From NCBI GenBank assembly GCA_965370805.1, contig CBDUVZ010000002.1, positions 706 to 64,705 on the forward strand: a stretch of 64,000 nucleotides of DNA, read 5' to 3'. This DNA is from an uncultured bacterium. GTDB taxonomy: Bacteria > Hydrothermota > Tepidihabitantia > Tepidihabitantales > Tepidihabitantaceae. Below the pieces are notes generated by a model, which was given only the letters and a program-made list of their open reading frames with translations, was not told the DNA's origin and made no database searches. The translations under genes and the position numbers were made by a program. Shown one piece after another: positions 37,824 to 46,494 of this stretch; within the stretch, counting starts at the first letter, position 1; the number at the start of each line of letters is the position of its first letter.

Positions 37824-38665
37824 TTCAGGAGCCGGGATAGACGCCGGTCGGCCAGAATCCTGCCGCCGGTCTGGCATCCCGGGCAGTAGTAGGTAGTTGA
37901 TTCCTTGTAGCTGACGCGGCGGACCCGATCTCCGCACTTCGGGCAGGGCTGGTCGAGCCGGTTGTGGACCCGCAGGAACGTCCGGTCGCGGCGGTCGGGG
38001 AGATGGTCGAGCGTCTTGAGATGCAGGATTGCGTCGAGCAGGACCTTCTTTACGCCCATGTAGAGCCGGATGGACTCCTCGGGCTTGAGTGCCCCGGTCT
38101 GCTGGAACGGAGAAAGCCGGGCTTCGAACAGGATTTCGTCCGAGTAGCAATTGCCAATACCACCGACTGCCCGCTGGTCGGTCAGGAACCTCTTCACGGT
38201 CCGGTTGCGGCGCTTGAGCGCGGAACGGAGCCGGCTCAGGGTGAACTGCGGACCGAGCGGGTCCAGGCCGAGTTGGGCAATCCATTCCACGTTCTGCACA
38301 TCGGTGACGAGGTGGACCGCGACCCGGCGCTTGGAACCGGACTCGGCAACACGCAGGTCGGTCTTGTTGTCCAGATGCAGGGCGAGGAGATGGTGACGGG
38401 TCATCGGCTGGTTTGACGGGATGGTGATAAGACGGCCATTGAGCATCAAGTGGACGCAGAGATGGAGTTTGCTGTCGGTATTCAGGCTGAGGAACTTGCC
38501 CAGTCGCGAGATACTGCGGATATGGCCTTCCTTGAGTGCTTCGAGCGACGGGTCAACGGTCTTGAGCGTGGCGGGATGGCGCAATGTCGCGCCCAGGATG
38601 CGGCGCCCAGCCAGGGTCAGTCGCAGCCGGTCCTTGACGATTTCCAGTTCGGGCAGTTCAGGCAC
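37820..38665 (-). CDS. mutM: Formamidopyrimidine-DNA glycosylase (Fpg/MutM/Nei family)
   Basis: GTG start gives (M)PELPELEIV with the catalytic Pro2. C-terminal zinc finger CPKCG...YYCPGCQ. The longer listed ORF adds 65 non-homologous codons. Confidence 0.85.
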   Translation of the reverse strand: MPELPELEIVKDRLRLTLAGRRILGATLRHPATLKTVDPSLEALKEGHIRSISRLGKFLSLNTDSKLHLCVHLMLNGRLITIPSNQPMTRHHLLALHLDNKTDLRVAESGSKRRVAVHLVTDVQNVEWIAQLGLDPLGPQFTLSRLRSALKRRNRTVKRFLTDQRAVGGIGNCYSDEILFEARLSPFQQTGALKPEESIRLYMGVKKVLLDAILHLKTLDHLPDRRDRTFLRVHNRLDQPCPKCGDRVRRVSYKESTTYYCPGCQTGGRILADRRLSRLLK

Positions 38666-38716
38666 GCATAAGACTAGGAAAGGATGACGCTGCGTCAACC
38701 CGGTGTATTTCGCGAC

Positions 38717-38744
38717 TTGACAGCTCCCGGGAACCGGGTATGAT
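38717..38744 (+). promoter_or_regulatory. Sigma70-type promoter TTGACA-16-TATGAT upstream of the ABC exporter pair
   Basis: Read directly. Leader ~160 nt. Confidence 0.5.
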
Positions 38745-38909
38745 GGTGACTTCAAGCTGTGAGTTGTATGATGATCAGGAACTGAAATACCAACACCGGC
38801 GTTGAGCCTGTCGGGCAGTCCCGAGGCTTGCGCGGATGCACACAATCGGGTAAAGTCCAAACTGAAGACAAATCAGTATGTGTTTGAGATGAACTGGAGA
38901 GCGTAGACC

Positions 38910-40694
38910 TTGTTTTACCACGGAGCAGGCCTGAGCGACGAAGAGACCAAGCCAACCGGTAAGGCTTCGGTCTACATCAGACGGCTGTGGCCGTTTTTCC
39001 GGACCTATCTGGGCCGGGTCATTGCGGCCGGGGGCCTGGTCCTGGTGTCGACCGGGCTGGGTCTGCTCGGGCCGCTGCTCCTGAAGCGGGCGATTGACGT
39101 CAATATCGGGGGCGGAGACCTGGGCGGTCTGGCGGTCACTTCGCTTGTCTACCTCGGGCTGCAGGGCGGGGTTTTCTTTGCCACCTTTTTCCAGATGGTG
39201 TGGCTGTTCCAGGTGGGTGAATCCGGAGCCGCGGACCTGAAGCAGGCCGTGTTCCGCCACCTGCTCGACGTACCGGTCTCCTTCTTCGACAAGCATCCGG
39301 TCGGCAAGCTGATTTCCCGGGTCGAGAGCGACACCGAAGCGCTGAAGATGCTCTTCACCCGCACTTCGGTGATGCTCCTGCAGAGCGCCCTGATGCTGGT
39401 CGGGATGAGCCTGATCATGGCTCTGACCAGTTGGCGTTTGTACCTTCTTGTGCTGGCCCTGATGCCGCCTTTTATTATCGCGTTCTGGGTGTTCCAGCGC
39501 AAGGTAAGACCGGTTTACATCGGGGTCCGGCGTTCGGTCGCGGAGATCAACAGCCTGGTCAGCGAAGCGCTCAAAGGCCTGCCGGTTGTCCAGGTGTTCT
39601 GCCGGCAGCAGTGGTTCGCGGACCGGATGAACAACCTGAACCGGCAGAAGTATCGGGGCGAGATGAAAGCGATGACGCTCTGGTACACGGTCTGGTTCCT
39701 GGTTGATTTCGGCGAAGTGCTGGGGCTCGGGCTGGTCCTTGGTTTCGGCGGGATGATGGCGCTGCGCGGTGACTTGACTATCGGCACCCTGTTCATGTTT
39801 GTGGCATACATCACCCGGCTTTTCTGGCCGCTCCGGATGATCTCCGACCAGATAAACGTGATGCAGCGGGCTTTTGCATCCGCGGAGCGGGTGTTCGGGA
39901 TGCTTGACCAGAAACCGGAGCCGGAAGGCGAACAGATTGACGGACAGTTGAGCCTCAGGGAAGGAATTGTGTTCGAGAAAGTCGGGTTTGCGTACGACGG
40001 TGAGAAGTTCGTGCTGAACGACATCGACCTGGTGGTGCGCAAGGGTGAGAAAGTGGCCCTGGTGGGCGAGACCGGCGGGGGCAAGAGTTCGATCGTGAAC
40101 CTGGTCCTCAAGTTCTACACTGCGCAGCAGGGCCGGATTCTGTTCGACGGGCGGAACCTGGCGGACATGGACCGGCACCAGTTGCGCGGAACGGTCGGGT
40201 TCGTACCCCAGGAAGTCATCATGTTCCCGGGCACAGTGCTCGACAACCTGCGAATGATGGACTCGACCGTGCCGCGCGAAACGGTAATCGAAGCGGCGAA
40301 GCGGGCGAGGATTCATGAAGCGGTGCTCAAGTTCCCGAACGGATACGACACCAACCTGATTGAGCGCGGGGTGAATTTCTCGCTCGGCGAGCGGCAATTG
40401 CTGGCATTCGCCCGGGCCCTGGTGTTCGACCCGCAGATACTGATTCTGGACGAAGCCACTTCCTCGGTTGACCCGCACACCGAGCAACTGATTCAGGAAG
40501 GCCTGGCTGAACTGCTTGTTGGCAGGACCGCGATTATTGTGGCCCACCGGCTGGCCACAATCCAGATGGTTGACCGGATCATCGTGGTGCACAAGGGTCG
40601 GATTGCCGAGCAGGGAAGCCATGAAGAATTGCTGGCTCAGGACGGGCTGTACGCCCGATTCTACAAGCTGCAATACGTTGGCGGGCAAGCATGA
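38910..40694 (+). CDS. ABC exporter, fused permease-ATPase (MsbA/heterodimeric type I exporter subunit)
   Basis: Six-TM domain plus Walker A GETGGGKSS, signature LSLGERQ and Walker B ILILDEAT. TTG start. Confidence 0.85.
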   Translation: MFYHGAGLSDEETKPTGKASVYIRRLWPFFRTYLGRVIAAGGLVLVSTGLGLLGPLLLKRAIDVNIGGGDLGGLAVTSLVYLGLQGGVFFATFFQMVWLFQVGESGAADLKQAVFRHLLDVPVSFFDKHPVGKLISRVESDTEALKMLFTRTSVMLLQSALMLVGMSLIMALTSWRLYLLVLALMPPFIIAFWVFQRKVRPVYIGVRRSVAEINSLVSEALKGLPVVQVFCRQQWFADRMNNLNRQKYRGEMKAMTLWYTVWFLVDFGEVLGLGLVLGFGGMMALRGDLTIGTLFMFVAYITRLFWPLRMISDQINVMQRAFASAERVFGMLDQKPEPEGEQIDGQLSLREGIVFEKVGFAYDGEKFVLNDIDLVVRKGEKVALVGETGGGKSSIVNLVLKFYTAQQGRILFDGRNLADMDRHQLRGTVGFVPQEVIMFPGTVLDNLRMMDSTVPRETVIEAAKRARIHEAVLKFPNGYDTNLIERGVNFSLGERQLLAFARALVFDPQILILDEATSSVDPHTEQLIQEGLAELLVGRTAIIVAHRLATIQMVDRIIVVHKGRIAEQGSHEELLAQDGLYARFYKLQYVGGQA

Positions 40695-42421
40695 GCAAGC
40701 TGGCGCTGGTCTGGAATTTCTGGAAGCGGCACAGGACCTGGACAACGGTGCTGGTCCTGAGCACGCTGGCTATGACCGTGTTGTCCCTGGCATTCCCATA
40801 TGTGCTGCGATTCATCATCGACGGCATCAAGCAGGACATTGACCAATCCCGGCTCATTCGCTACGTGCTGCTGCTCGCCGGGCTCGGGTTCCTGCGAGCC
40901 TTGAGCGAAGCAATTCTGCCTTGGCACCGGGGCCGGACCAACGAGCGGTTCCAGTGGACGGTGCGCAACCGCGTCTTCCGGAAGATGATGGACATGGGAC
41001 ATTCGTTCACCAACAAGTTCCCGACCGGTGATGCGATGGAGCGGCTTGACCACGATTTGGAAGAGTTGTCCTGGTTCGCCTGTTCCGGCCTGTTCCGGAC
41101 TGTCAGCGCGGTGTTCACGGTTCTGTTCGCTCTCGGGGTGATGATCAGCATGAACTCGCTCCTGACCCTTATCACCGTGCTGCCGATGGGTATCGGAGTC
41201 ATCGTCTGGATGAAGCTCGGACCGCTGGTCTATGCGCGCTACAAGAGATGGCGCAAGAAGATCTCCGAGATAAACAACCGGATTGAATCGTCGTTCACCG
41301 GTATCAGGCTGGTCAAAGGCTACAACATGGAAGACCGGGTCGGGGCCCGGTTCAGGCAGACGCTCGACGAGCGGGTCCGGGATGCGGTTATCACTACCAG
41401 GACCGAGATGAGGATTCACGTCTTCTACCAGGCGATTTCCGAAATCGGAATCCTGCTGGTGCTCTGGGCCGGCGGATTCCTGGTCATCGGGGGCCGGCTC
41501 ACCCTGGGTGAGTTCGTTGCGTTCAACGCCTATATCCTGATGCTGGTCGGGCCGATGTTCGACATCGGCAACCTGTTCGTCTCCGGGCGCAGGGCTCAGG
41601 CCGGGGCGGAACGGGTCTCCGCGCTCGAGCAGCACTCGACCGAAGTGAGCCCGCCGGACAAACCCGGGCAGGTAGACCCCGGGACCCTGACGCTTGAAAA
41701 CGTTGATTTCGCCTATGATAAAGAGCAGGTGCTGAAGAACGTGAGCATGATTTTTCCGGCCGGTTCCCGAATCGGAATTGCGGGTACGGTCGGCTCGGGC
41801 AAGAGCACGATATTCCGGCTGCTGTTCCGGCTGGCCGACCCGCAGAAAGGCAGGGTCCGGCTTGACGGTCATGACGTGCGTCTGCTTGACCTGGATAGAT
41901 ACCGGCAGTTGTTCGGGTATGCACCGCAGGAAGCGACGCTGTTCTCGGACACGCTCAAGAACAACATCGCATTCGGGCGCGAGGAAGACGGTGACTCCGA
42001 ACTCGACCAGATGGTCTCATTTGCCCAACTCTCTTCAGACGTGGCCGACATGTCCAAAGGATTTGAGGAGAAACTGGGCGAGCGGGGAACCAGGCTTTCG
42101 GGCGGTCAGAAGGAGCGGGTCGCGATTGCCCGGGCCCTGGTCGGCAAGCCCCGGATACTCGTGTTCGATGACGCCACTTCGGCCCTGGACGCCGAAACCG
42201 AGAAAGAGCTGATTCGCCGGTTGAGTGAAGAACTAGGCGACGCGACGGTCATCATCGTTTCCCACCGGCTCTCGATCCTGTCCGAGTGCGACCGGATTTA
42301 CGTCCTCGACCGGGGCGAAGTCAAAGAAGAAGGAACCCACCAGGAACTGCTCGGGCGTCGCGGTCTGTACTGGGACCTGTACGAACGCCAACTCATCAAG
42401 GAAGAATTGGAACGGCTGTAG
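40691..42421 (+). CDS. ABC exporter, fused permease-ATPase (second subunit)
   Basis: Walker A GTVGSGKST, signature LSGGQKERVAIARAL and Walker B VFDDATSALD. ATGA overlap with the first subunit. Confidence 0.85.
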   Translation: MSKLALVWNFWKRHRTWTTVLVLSTLAMTVLSLAFPYVLRFIIDGIKQDIDQSRLIRYVLLLAGLGFLRALSEAILPWHRGRTNERFQWTVRNRVFRKMMDMGHSFTNKFPTGDAMERLDHDLEELSWFACSGLFRTVSAVFTVLFALGVMISMNSLLTLITVLPMGIGVIVWMKLGPLVYARYKRWRKKISEINNRIESSFTGIRLVKGYNMEDRVGARFRQTLDERVRDAVITTRTEMRIHVFYQAISEIGILLVLWAGGFLVIGGRLTLGEFVAFNAYILMLVGPMFDIGNLFVSGRRAQAGAERVSALEQHSTEVSPPDKPGQVDPGTLTLENVDFAYDKEQVLKNVSMIFPAGSRIGIAGTVGSGKSTIFRLLFRLADPQKGRVRLDGHDVRLLDLDRYRQLFGYAPQEATLFSDTLKNNIAFGREEDGDSELDQMVSFAQLSSDVADMSKGFEEKLGERGTRLSGGQKERVAIARALVGKPRILVFDDATSALDAETEKELIRRLSEELGDATVIIVSHRLSILSECDRIYVLDRGEVKEEGTHQELLGRRGLYWDLYERQLIKEELERL

Positions 42422-42441
42422 CAGGCTTTCGGTCCCGGTCC

Positions 42442-43818
42442 TCAGCGCTGGATGACGACCTTGTGGACCGCTAACCGCTCACCGCTATCCGCTTCCCGCC
42501 GCAAGAAATACACGCCCGGGGAGAGATGCCGGATGTCGTTCTCGCCCGGCGCGAGTTCCGCGACCTTCCGGCCGGAGATGTCGAGGAGGACGCACGACGC
42601 ACCACGCTTGACGCCGGATGCTTCAGGCAGGAACAGTACGTCGCGTACAATTGCGGCCGGAAGCTGTCTGCCATTCGTCATTCGCAATTCGGCATTCGGC
42701 ATGTCCTGGATTCCCGGCGGCACGCTGTCGCGGATGACCGAGATGCTGGAACTCTCATAGTTGCCCACGTACGTCCGGTTCTGCATCGGGTTCCAGGTCA
42801 TAGCGTACGGGTACTCCCCGACCCCAATCGTCTTGACCACGACATTGCTCGCACCGTCAATCACAGTCACGTCGTCGCTTTCCAGATTGGCGCAGTACAC
42901 CTTGTTGTTCGTCTTGTTGAACACCAGTGCAGAAGGTTCAGAGCCGGCCGCAACCGTCGCAATAACCGTATTCAGAGCGCCGTCAATCACGGTCACACTC
43001 CCGCTGCCCGAGTTTGCGCAATAGACCCTGTTCTCGGTCCGGTTGTAGCACAACGCCTTGGGCTGGATTCCCACGCTGACCGTCGCAATCACGCTGTCGG
43101 ATGCACCGTCGATAACTGTTACGGTCGAATCGAGATTGGTGGTGGTTCCGCTGTTGGCGCAGTACATCCTGTTGTCCTGCGAGTTGTAGCAGAAAGCACA
43201 GGCATGAAACCCCGCGGGCACGGCCACTATGACGCTGTCAGCCGCGCCGTCAATCACTGAGACGGTCCGGGAGTACGGATTCGCGCAATAGACCTTGTTG
43301 TCGGCCGGGTTGTAAGCCAGGGCAAAGGGATAGGCTCCGACGTCCACAGTTGCAATCACGCCGCTCGTGGCACCGTCTATCACTGAAACGGTGTTGTCCA
43401 GCGCGTTCGCGCAGTAGACTTTGTTGTCGGCGGGATTCCAACACAAGGCCCGGGGCTGGCGCCCGACTGCCACGGTCGCAATCACGGCATTGGTCTCACC
43501 GTCAATGACAACAACTGTATCAATGTCACTGTCAACATCGTGGGTGCAATACACCCGATTGTCGGTTGAGTTGTGGCACAGCACATAAGGGTAGCGCATC
43601 GTCGGGATGGTTGCGATTATGCTGTTTGACGCGCCGTCGATGACGGCAATGTTGTCGCGCAGGTTGTTCGAGCAGTAAACCCTGTTACCGGTTGGATTGT
43701 AGCACAGCCCCACCGGAAAGGAATTGGACTGCAACTGTATCGTCGTCTCCAGCCACTGGCCGGACGCGACCGACGAAGTCAGAATGCAGAGCGCAGAAAC
43801 CAAAACACAGGATTTCAT
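42442..43818 (-). CDS. YVTN-family beta-propeller repeat protein with T9SS C-terminal sorting domain
   Basis: Eight repeats of ...N.VYCAN...VSVIDGA...VIATV.VG..P.AL. Signal peptide. CTD ...GVYFLRREADSGERLAVHKVVIQR. Confidence 0.8.
   Translation of the reverse strand: MKSCVLVSALCILTSSVASGQWLETTIQLQSNSFPVGLCYNPTGNRVYCSNNLRDNIAVIDGASNSIIATIPTMRYPYVLCHNSTDNRVYCTHDVDSDIDTVVVIDGETNAVIATVAVGRQPRALCWNPADNKVYCANALDNTVSVIDGATSGVIATVDVGAYPFALAYNPADNKVYCANPYSRTVSVIDGAADSVIVAVPAGFHACAFCYNSQDNRMYCANSGTTTNLDSTVTVIDGASDSVIATVSVGIQPKALCYNRTENRVYCANSGSGSVTVIDGALNTVIATVAAGSEPSALVFNKTNNKVYCANLESDDVTVIDGASNVVVKTIGVGEYPYAMTWNPMQNRTYVGNYESSSISVIRDSVPPGIQDMPNAELRMTNGRQLPAAIVRDVLFLPEASGVKRGASCVLLDISGRKVAELAPGENDIRHLSPGVYFLRREADSGERLAVHKVVIQR
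42670..42702. repeat. Heptanucleotide REP-like element, copy F, in frame just upstream of the CTD
   Basis: Reverse complement of gccattcgtcattcgcaattcggcattcggcatg encodes MPNAELRMTNG. Confidence 0.6.
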
Positions 43819-43827
43819 GATAGCTCG

Positions 43828-46494
43828 TTAGCGTTGAATGACTATCCTGGCGGACTTGGCGGTTGATTCGTTTCGGATGAAGTAGACGCCGGATCTGAGA
43901 TGCCGGATGTCATTCGGGCCCGGCAGAAGGTCCATTACCTTCCGGCCGGAGATGTCGAGCAAAGACAATGCCGAATGCCGAGTGTCGAATGACGAATGCG
44001 GAAGAAGAAGTACGTGGCGCACGATGGTTGCGGTCAAGGGTCGGCGGATTGTAGCCACCGGCTTGTCTTCGGTTCCGACGTAGTATTCCACCCGGTACAC
44101 CGGGTAGACCGCGAGGTTGCCGGCAAACGGGGTGCCGAGCCCGAGGTTGTTGCTGGTCGCGGCCTGGGTTTCGAGCGGGACCGCGCAGAGGAAGTTCTCG
44201 CCCATCCAGAGCGTGTCCGTGCCGAAGGACCAGTCCCACTGCCACTGGATCGAGTCCGTGCCCTGGCCGGATGTCACCTGGGTCCATTCCCAGGCCTGGT
44301 GCGCGGTCTGGACCTGGACTATAGCGCCGAGCATCCGGGTCGAGTTCGGGGTCCAGCGGTTCACCGCTTTGCCGGTAATGACCGGGTCGCGCATCTGGGT
44401 CGTGTCGCCGGGCAGATGGTCGAACTCGGCTTTGACCCCGGTGTTCCACACCCGCACCGGGTTGATTACCGTTACACTGCTGTCGTTGGAGTTCGCGCAG
44501 TAAATCCTGTTGGTCACCGGGTTCACCGCAATCGCGTACGGCGCATTTCCTGCCGGCACGAGAACCGTGCTGTTCGTGGCTCCGTCGATCACCATTACGC
44601 TGTCGCTGCCGTAGTTCGCCACGTACACTTTGTTGGTTATCGGGTTCACCGCAATCGCGTACGGTGCGTCTCCTGCCAGCACGAAGGTGGTGCTGTTCGT
44701 TGCCCCGTCAATCACGGTCAGATCGTCGCTGCCGCCGTTCGCCACGTACACTTTGTTGGTGACCGGGTTCACCGCCACGGCCCGTGGTGCGTCCCCGACC
44801 GGCACGAGCGTGGTGTCGTTGGTAGTTCCGTCAATCACGGTCACGTTATCGCTCTGGAAGTTCGCGCAGTAGATCCTGTTGGTCACCGGGTTCACCGCAA
44901 TCGCGTACGGTTCCGTCCCGGCTGGCACGAGCAAGGTGTCGTTCGTGACACCATCGATGACCGTTACGTTATCACTCCAACTGTTCGCTACGTACACCTT
45001 GTTGGTCGCCGGGTTCACCGCCACCGCACGGGGCATGGTTCCGGTTGGAACCAGAGTCGTATCGAGGGTCGCTCCGTCAATCACGGTCACATTGCCGCTG
45101 CTGCCGTTCGCTACGTACACCTTGTTCGTTGCCGGGTTCACCGCAACGGCCCATGGCCCGTCCCCGGCCGGCACGAGCGTGGTGTCCATCGTGACACCAT
45201 CGATTACTGTCACGTTGTCACTCAGGGAATTCGGCACGTACGCCCGGTTCGTCACCGGGTTCACCGCAATCGCGCGCGGGTTGTTTCCGGCCGGCACGAG
45301 CGTGGTGTCGCCGGTGGCGCAGTCGATTACGGTTACGTTGTTGCTCGTCACGTTCACCACGTAGGTCTCGTTTGTCACCGGGTTCACCGCCAGTGCCCGT
45401 GGCCGGGCCAGCGTACGTACTCTCGTGGTGCTGTACGTGATACCGTCGATCACGGTCACGTTGTCGCTGCCGCTGTTTACCACGTACACTTTGTTGGTCA
45501 CCGGGTTCACCGCAACCGCGCACGGTTCGGTTCCAACCGGCAGAAGCGTGGTGTCGTTTGTCGCTCCGTCGATCACCGTCACATTGTCGCCGTGCCAGTT
45601 CGTCAGGTACACTTTGATGGTCACCGGGATCACCGCAACCGCGCAGGGCTGGTTTGCCGTCGGGACGAGCGCAGTGTCGTTCGTGGCCCCGTCAATCACC
45701 GTCACATTGCTGCTGTAAAAGTTCGCGCAGTAAATCCGGTTCGTTACCGGGTTCACCGCAATCGCATACGGTCCATTTTTTGCCCGCACGGTTGTTGTGT
45801 TGTTGGTGATTCCGTCAATCACCGTCACGTTGTGGTCGTTGAGATTCGCCACGTAAATCCTGTTGGTCACCGGGTTCACCGCCACGGCCCAGGGTTTGTC
45901 GCCGACCGGCACGAACGTGGTGTCGTTGGTTGCCCCGTCAATCACGGTTACGTTGTCGCTGCCGCTGTTTACCACGTACACTTTGTCGGTCACCGGGTTC
46001 ACCGCAATCGCGCGCGGCTCTGTTCCGACCGGCACGAGCGTGGTGTCGTTCGTGGCCCCGTCGATTACCGTTACATTGTTGCTGCTGTCATTCGCCACGT
46101 ACACCTTGTTGGTCACCGGGTTCACCGCCACGGCGTGCGGCGCGTCTCCGGCCGGCACGAGCGTAGTGTCGTTCGTCGCTCCGTCAATCACCGTTACGTT
46201 GTCGCTGCCGCGGTTCGCCACGTACACCTTGTTGGTCACCGGGTTCACCGCAACCGCATACGGCTCTAATCCTGCCCGCACGCGGATGGTGCTGTTCGTA
46301 GCCCCGTCAATCACCGTTACGTCGTTGCTGCCCGCGTTCACCACGTACACCTTGTTGGTCACCGGGTTCACCGCAACCGCCTGCGGGTTTTCTCTGACAT
46401 TGACGGTCGCCGTAACCCAGTCCGCCGTTGCCGGCGCTGCCGTGATTGCCAGCAGCACCAGGGCTGCGGTCAGGGCATGTCTTACGTTCTGCAT
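43828..46494 (-). CDS. Large YVTN-family beta-propeller repeat protein (~17 repeats) with T9SS C-terminal sorting domain
   Basis: Signal peptide MQNVRHALTAALVLLAITAAPATA. 41-aa repeats VNPVTNKVYVAN..SDNVTVIDGATNDTTLVPAG..P.AVA. CTD ...GVYFIRNESTAKSARIVIQR. Confidence 0.8.
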   Translation of the reverse strand: MQNVRHALTAALVLLAITAAPATADWVTATVNVRENPQAVAVNPVTNKVYVVNAGSNDVTVIDGATNSTIRVRAGLEPYAVAVNPVTNKVYVANRGSDNVTVIDGATNDTTLVPAGDAPHAVAVNPVTNKVYVANDSSNNVTVIDGATNDTTLVPVGTEPRAIAVNPVTDKVYVVNSGSDNVTVIDGATNDTTFVPVGDKPWAVAVNPVTNRIYVANLNDHNVTVIDGITNNTTTVRAKNGPYAIAVNPVTNRIYCANFYSSNVTVIDGATNDTALVPTANQPCAVAVIPVTIKVYLTNWHGDNVTVIDGATNDTTLLPVGTEPCAVAVNPVTNKVYVVNSGSDNVTVIDGITYSTTRVRTLARPRALAVNPVTNETYVVNVTSNNVTVIDCATGDTTLVPAGNNPRAIAVNPVTNRAYVPNSLSDNVTVIDGVTMDTTLVPAGDGPWAVAVNPATNKVYVANGSSGNVTVIDGATLDTTLVPTGTMPRAVAVNPATNKVYVANSWSDNVTVIDGVTNDTLLVPAGTEPYAIAVNPVTNRIYCANFQSDNVTVIDGTTNDTTLVPVGDAPRAVAVNPVTNKVYVANGGSDDLTVIDGATNSTTFVLAGDAPYAIAVNPITNKVYVANYGSDSVMVIDGATNSTVLVPAGNAPYAIAVNPVTNRIYCANSNDSSVTVINPVRVWNTGVKAEFDHLPGDTTQMRDPVITGKAVNRWTPNSTRMLGAIVQVQTAHQAWEWTQVTSGQGTDSIQWQWDWSFGTDTLWMGENFLCAVPLETQAATSNNLGLGTPFAGNLAVYPVYRVEYYVGTEDKPVATIRRPLTATIVRHVLLLPHSSFDTRHSALSLLDISGRKVMDLLPGPNDIRHLRSGVYFIRNESTAKSARIVIQR
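43966..44001. repeat. Heptanucleotide REP-like element, copy G, in frame inside the CTD
   Basis: caatgccgaatgccgagtgtcgaatgacgaatgcgg encodes HSSFDTRHSAL, replacing the EASGVKRGASCV segment of the paralog 42442-43818. Confidence 0.6.
44450..46400. repeat. Intragenic tandem array of ~16 near-identical ~123-bp units encoding the YVTN repeats
   Basis: Recurring strings such as gggttcaccgcaatcgcgtacgg and ccgtcaatcacggtcac at ~123-nt spacing, seen directly. Confidence 0.7.

Noticed and set aside
36969-38285. 438-aa ORF suggesting a long N-terminal extension of the alpha/beta-hydrolase
   Set aside because: The extension is the alternate frame of the confidently called fpg gene. The hydrolase more plausibly starts at GTG 37823 (or ATG 37867).
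38775-40745. 656-aa minus ORF (H/Q/R/P-rich)
   Set aside because: Antisense of the first ABC exporter gene, which has clear Walker/signature motifs.
40661-41872. 403-aa minus ORF
   Set aside because: Antisense of the second ABC exporter gene.
43996-46269. 757-aa plus ORF rich in V/H/R/G
   Set aside because: Antisense of the YVTN tandem-repeat gene. Its periodic composition simply mirrors the repeats.
44450-46400. Possible CRISPR array or DGR variable-repeat system
   Set aside because: The repeats are contiguous with no unique spacers and lie inside an open reading frame. No cas genes and no reverse transcriptase in the window.
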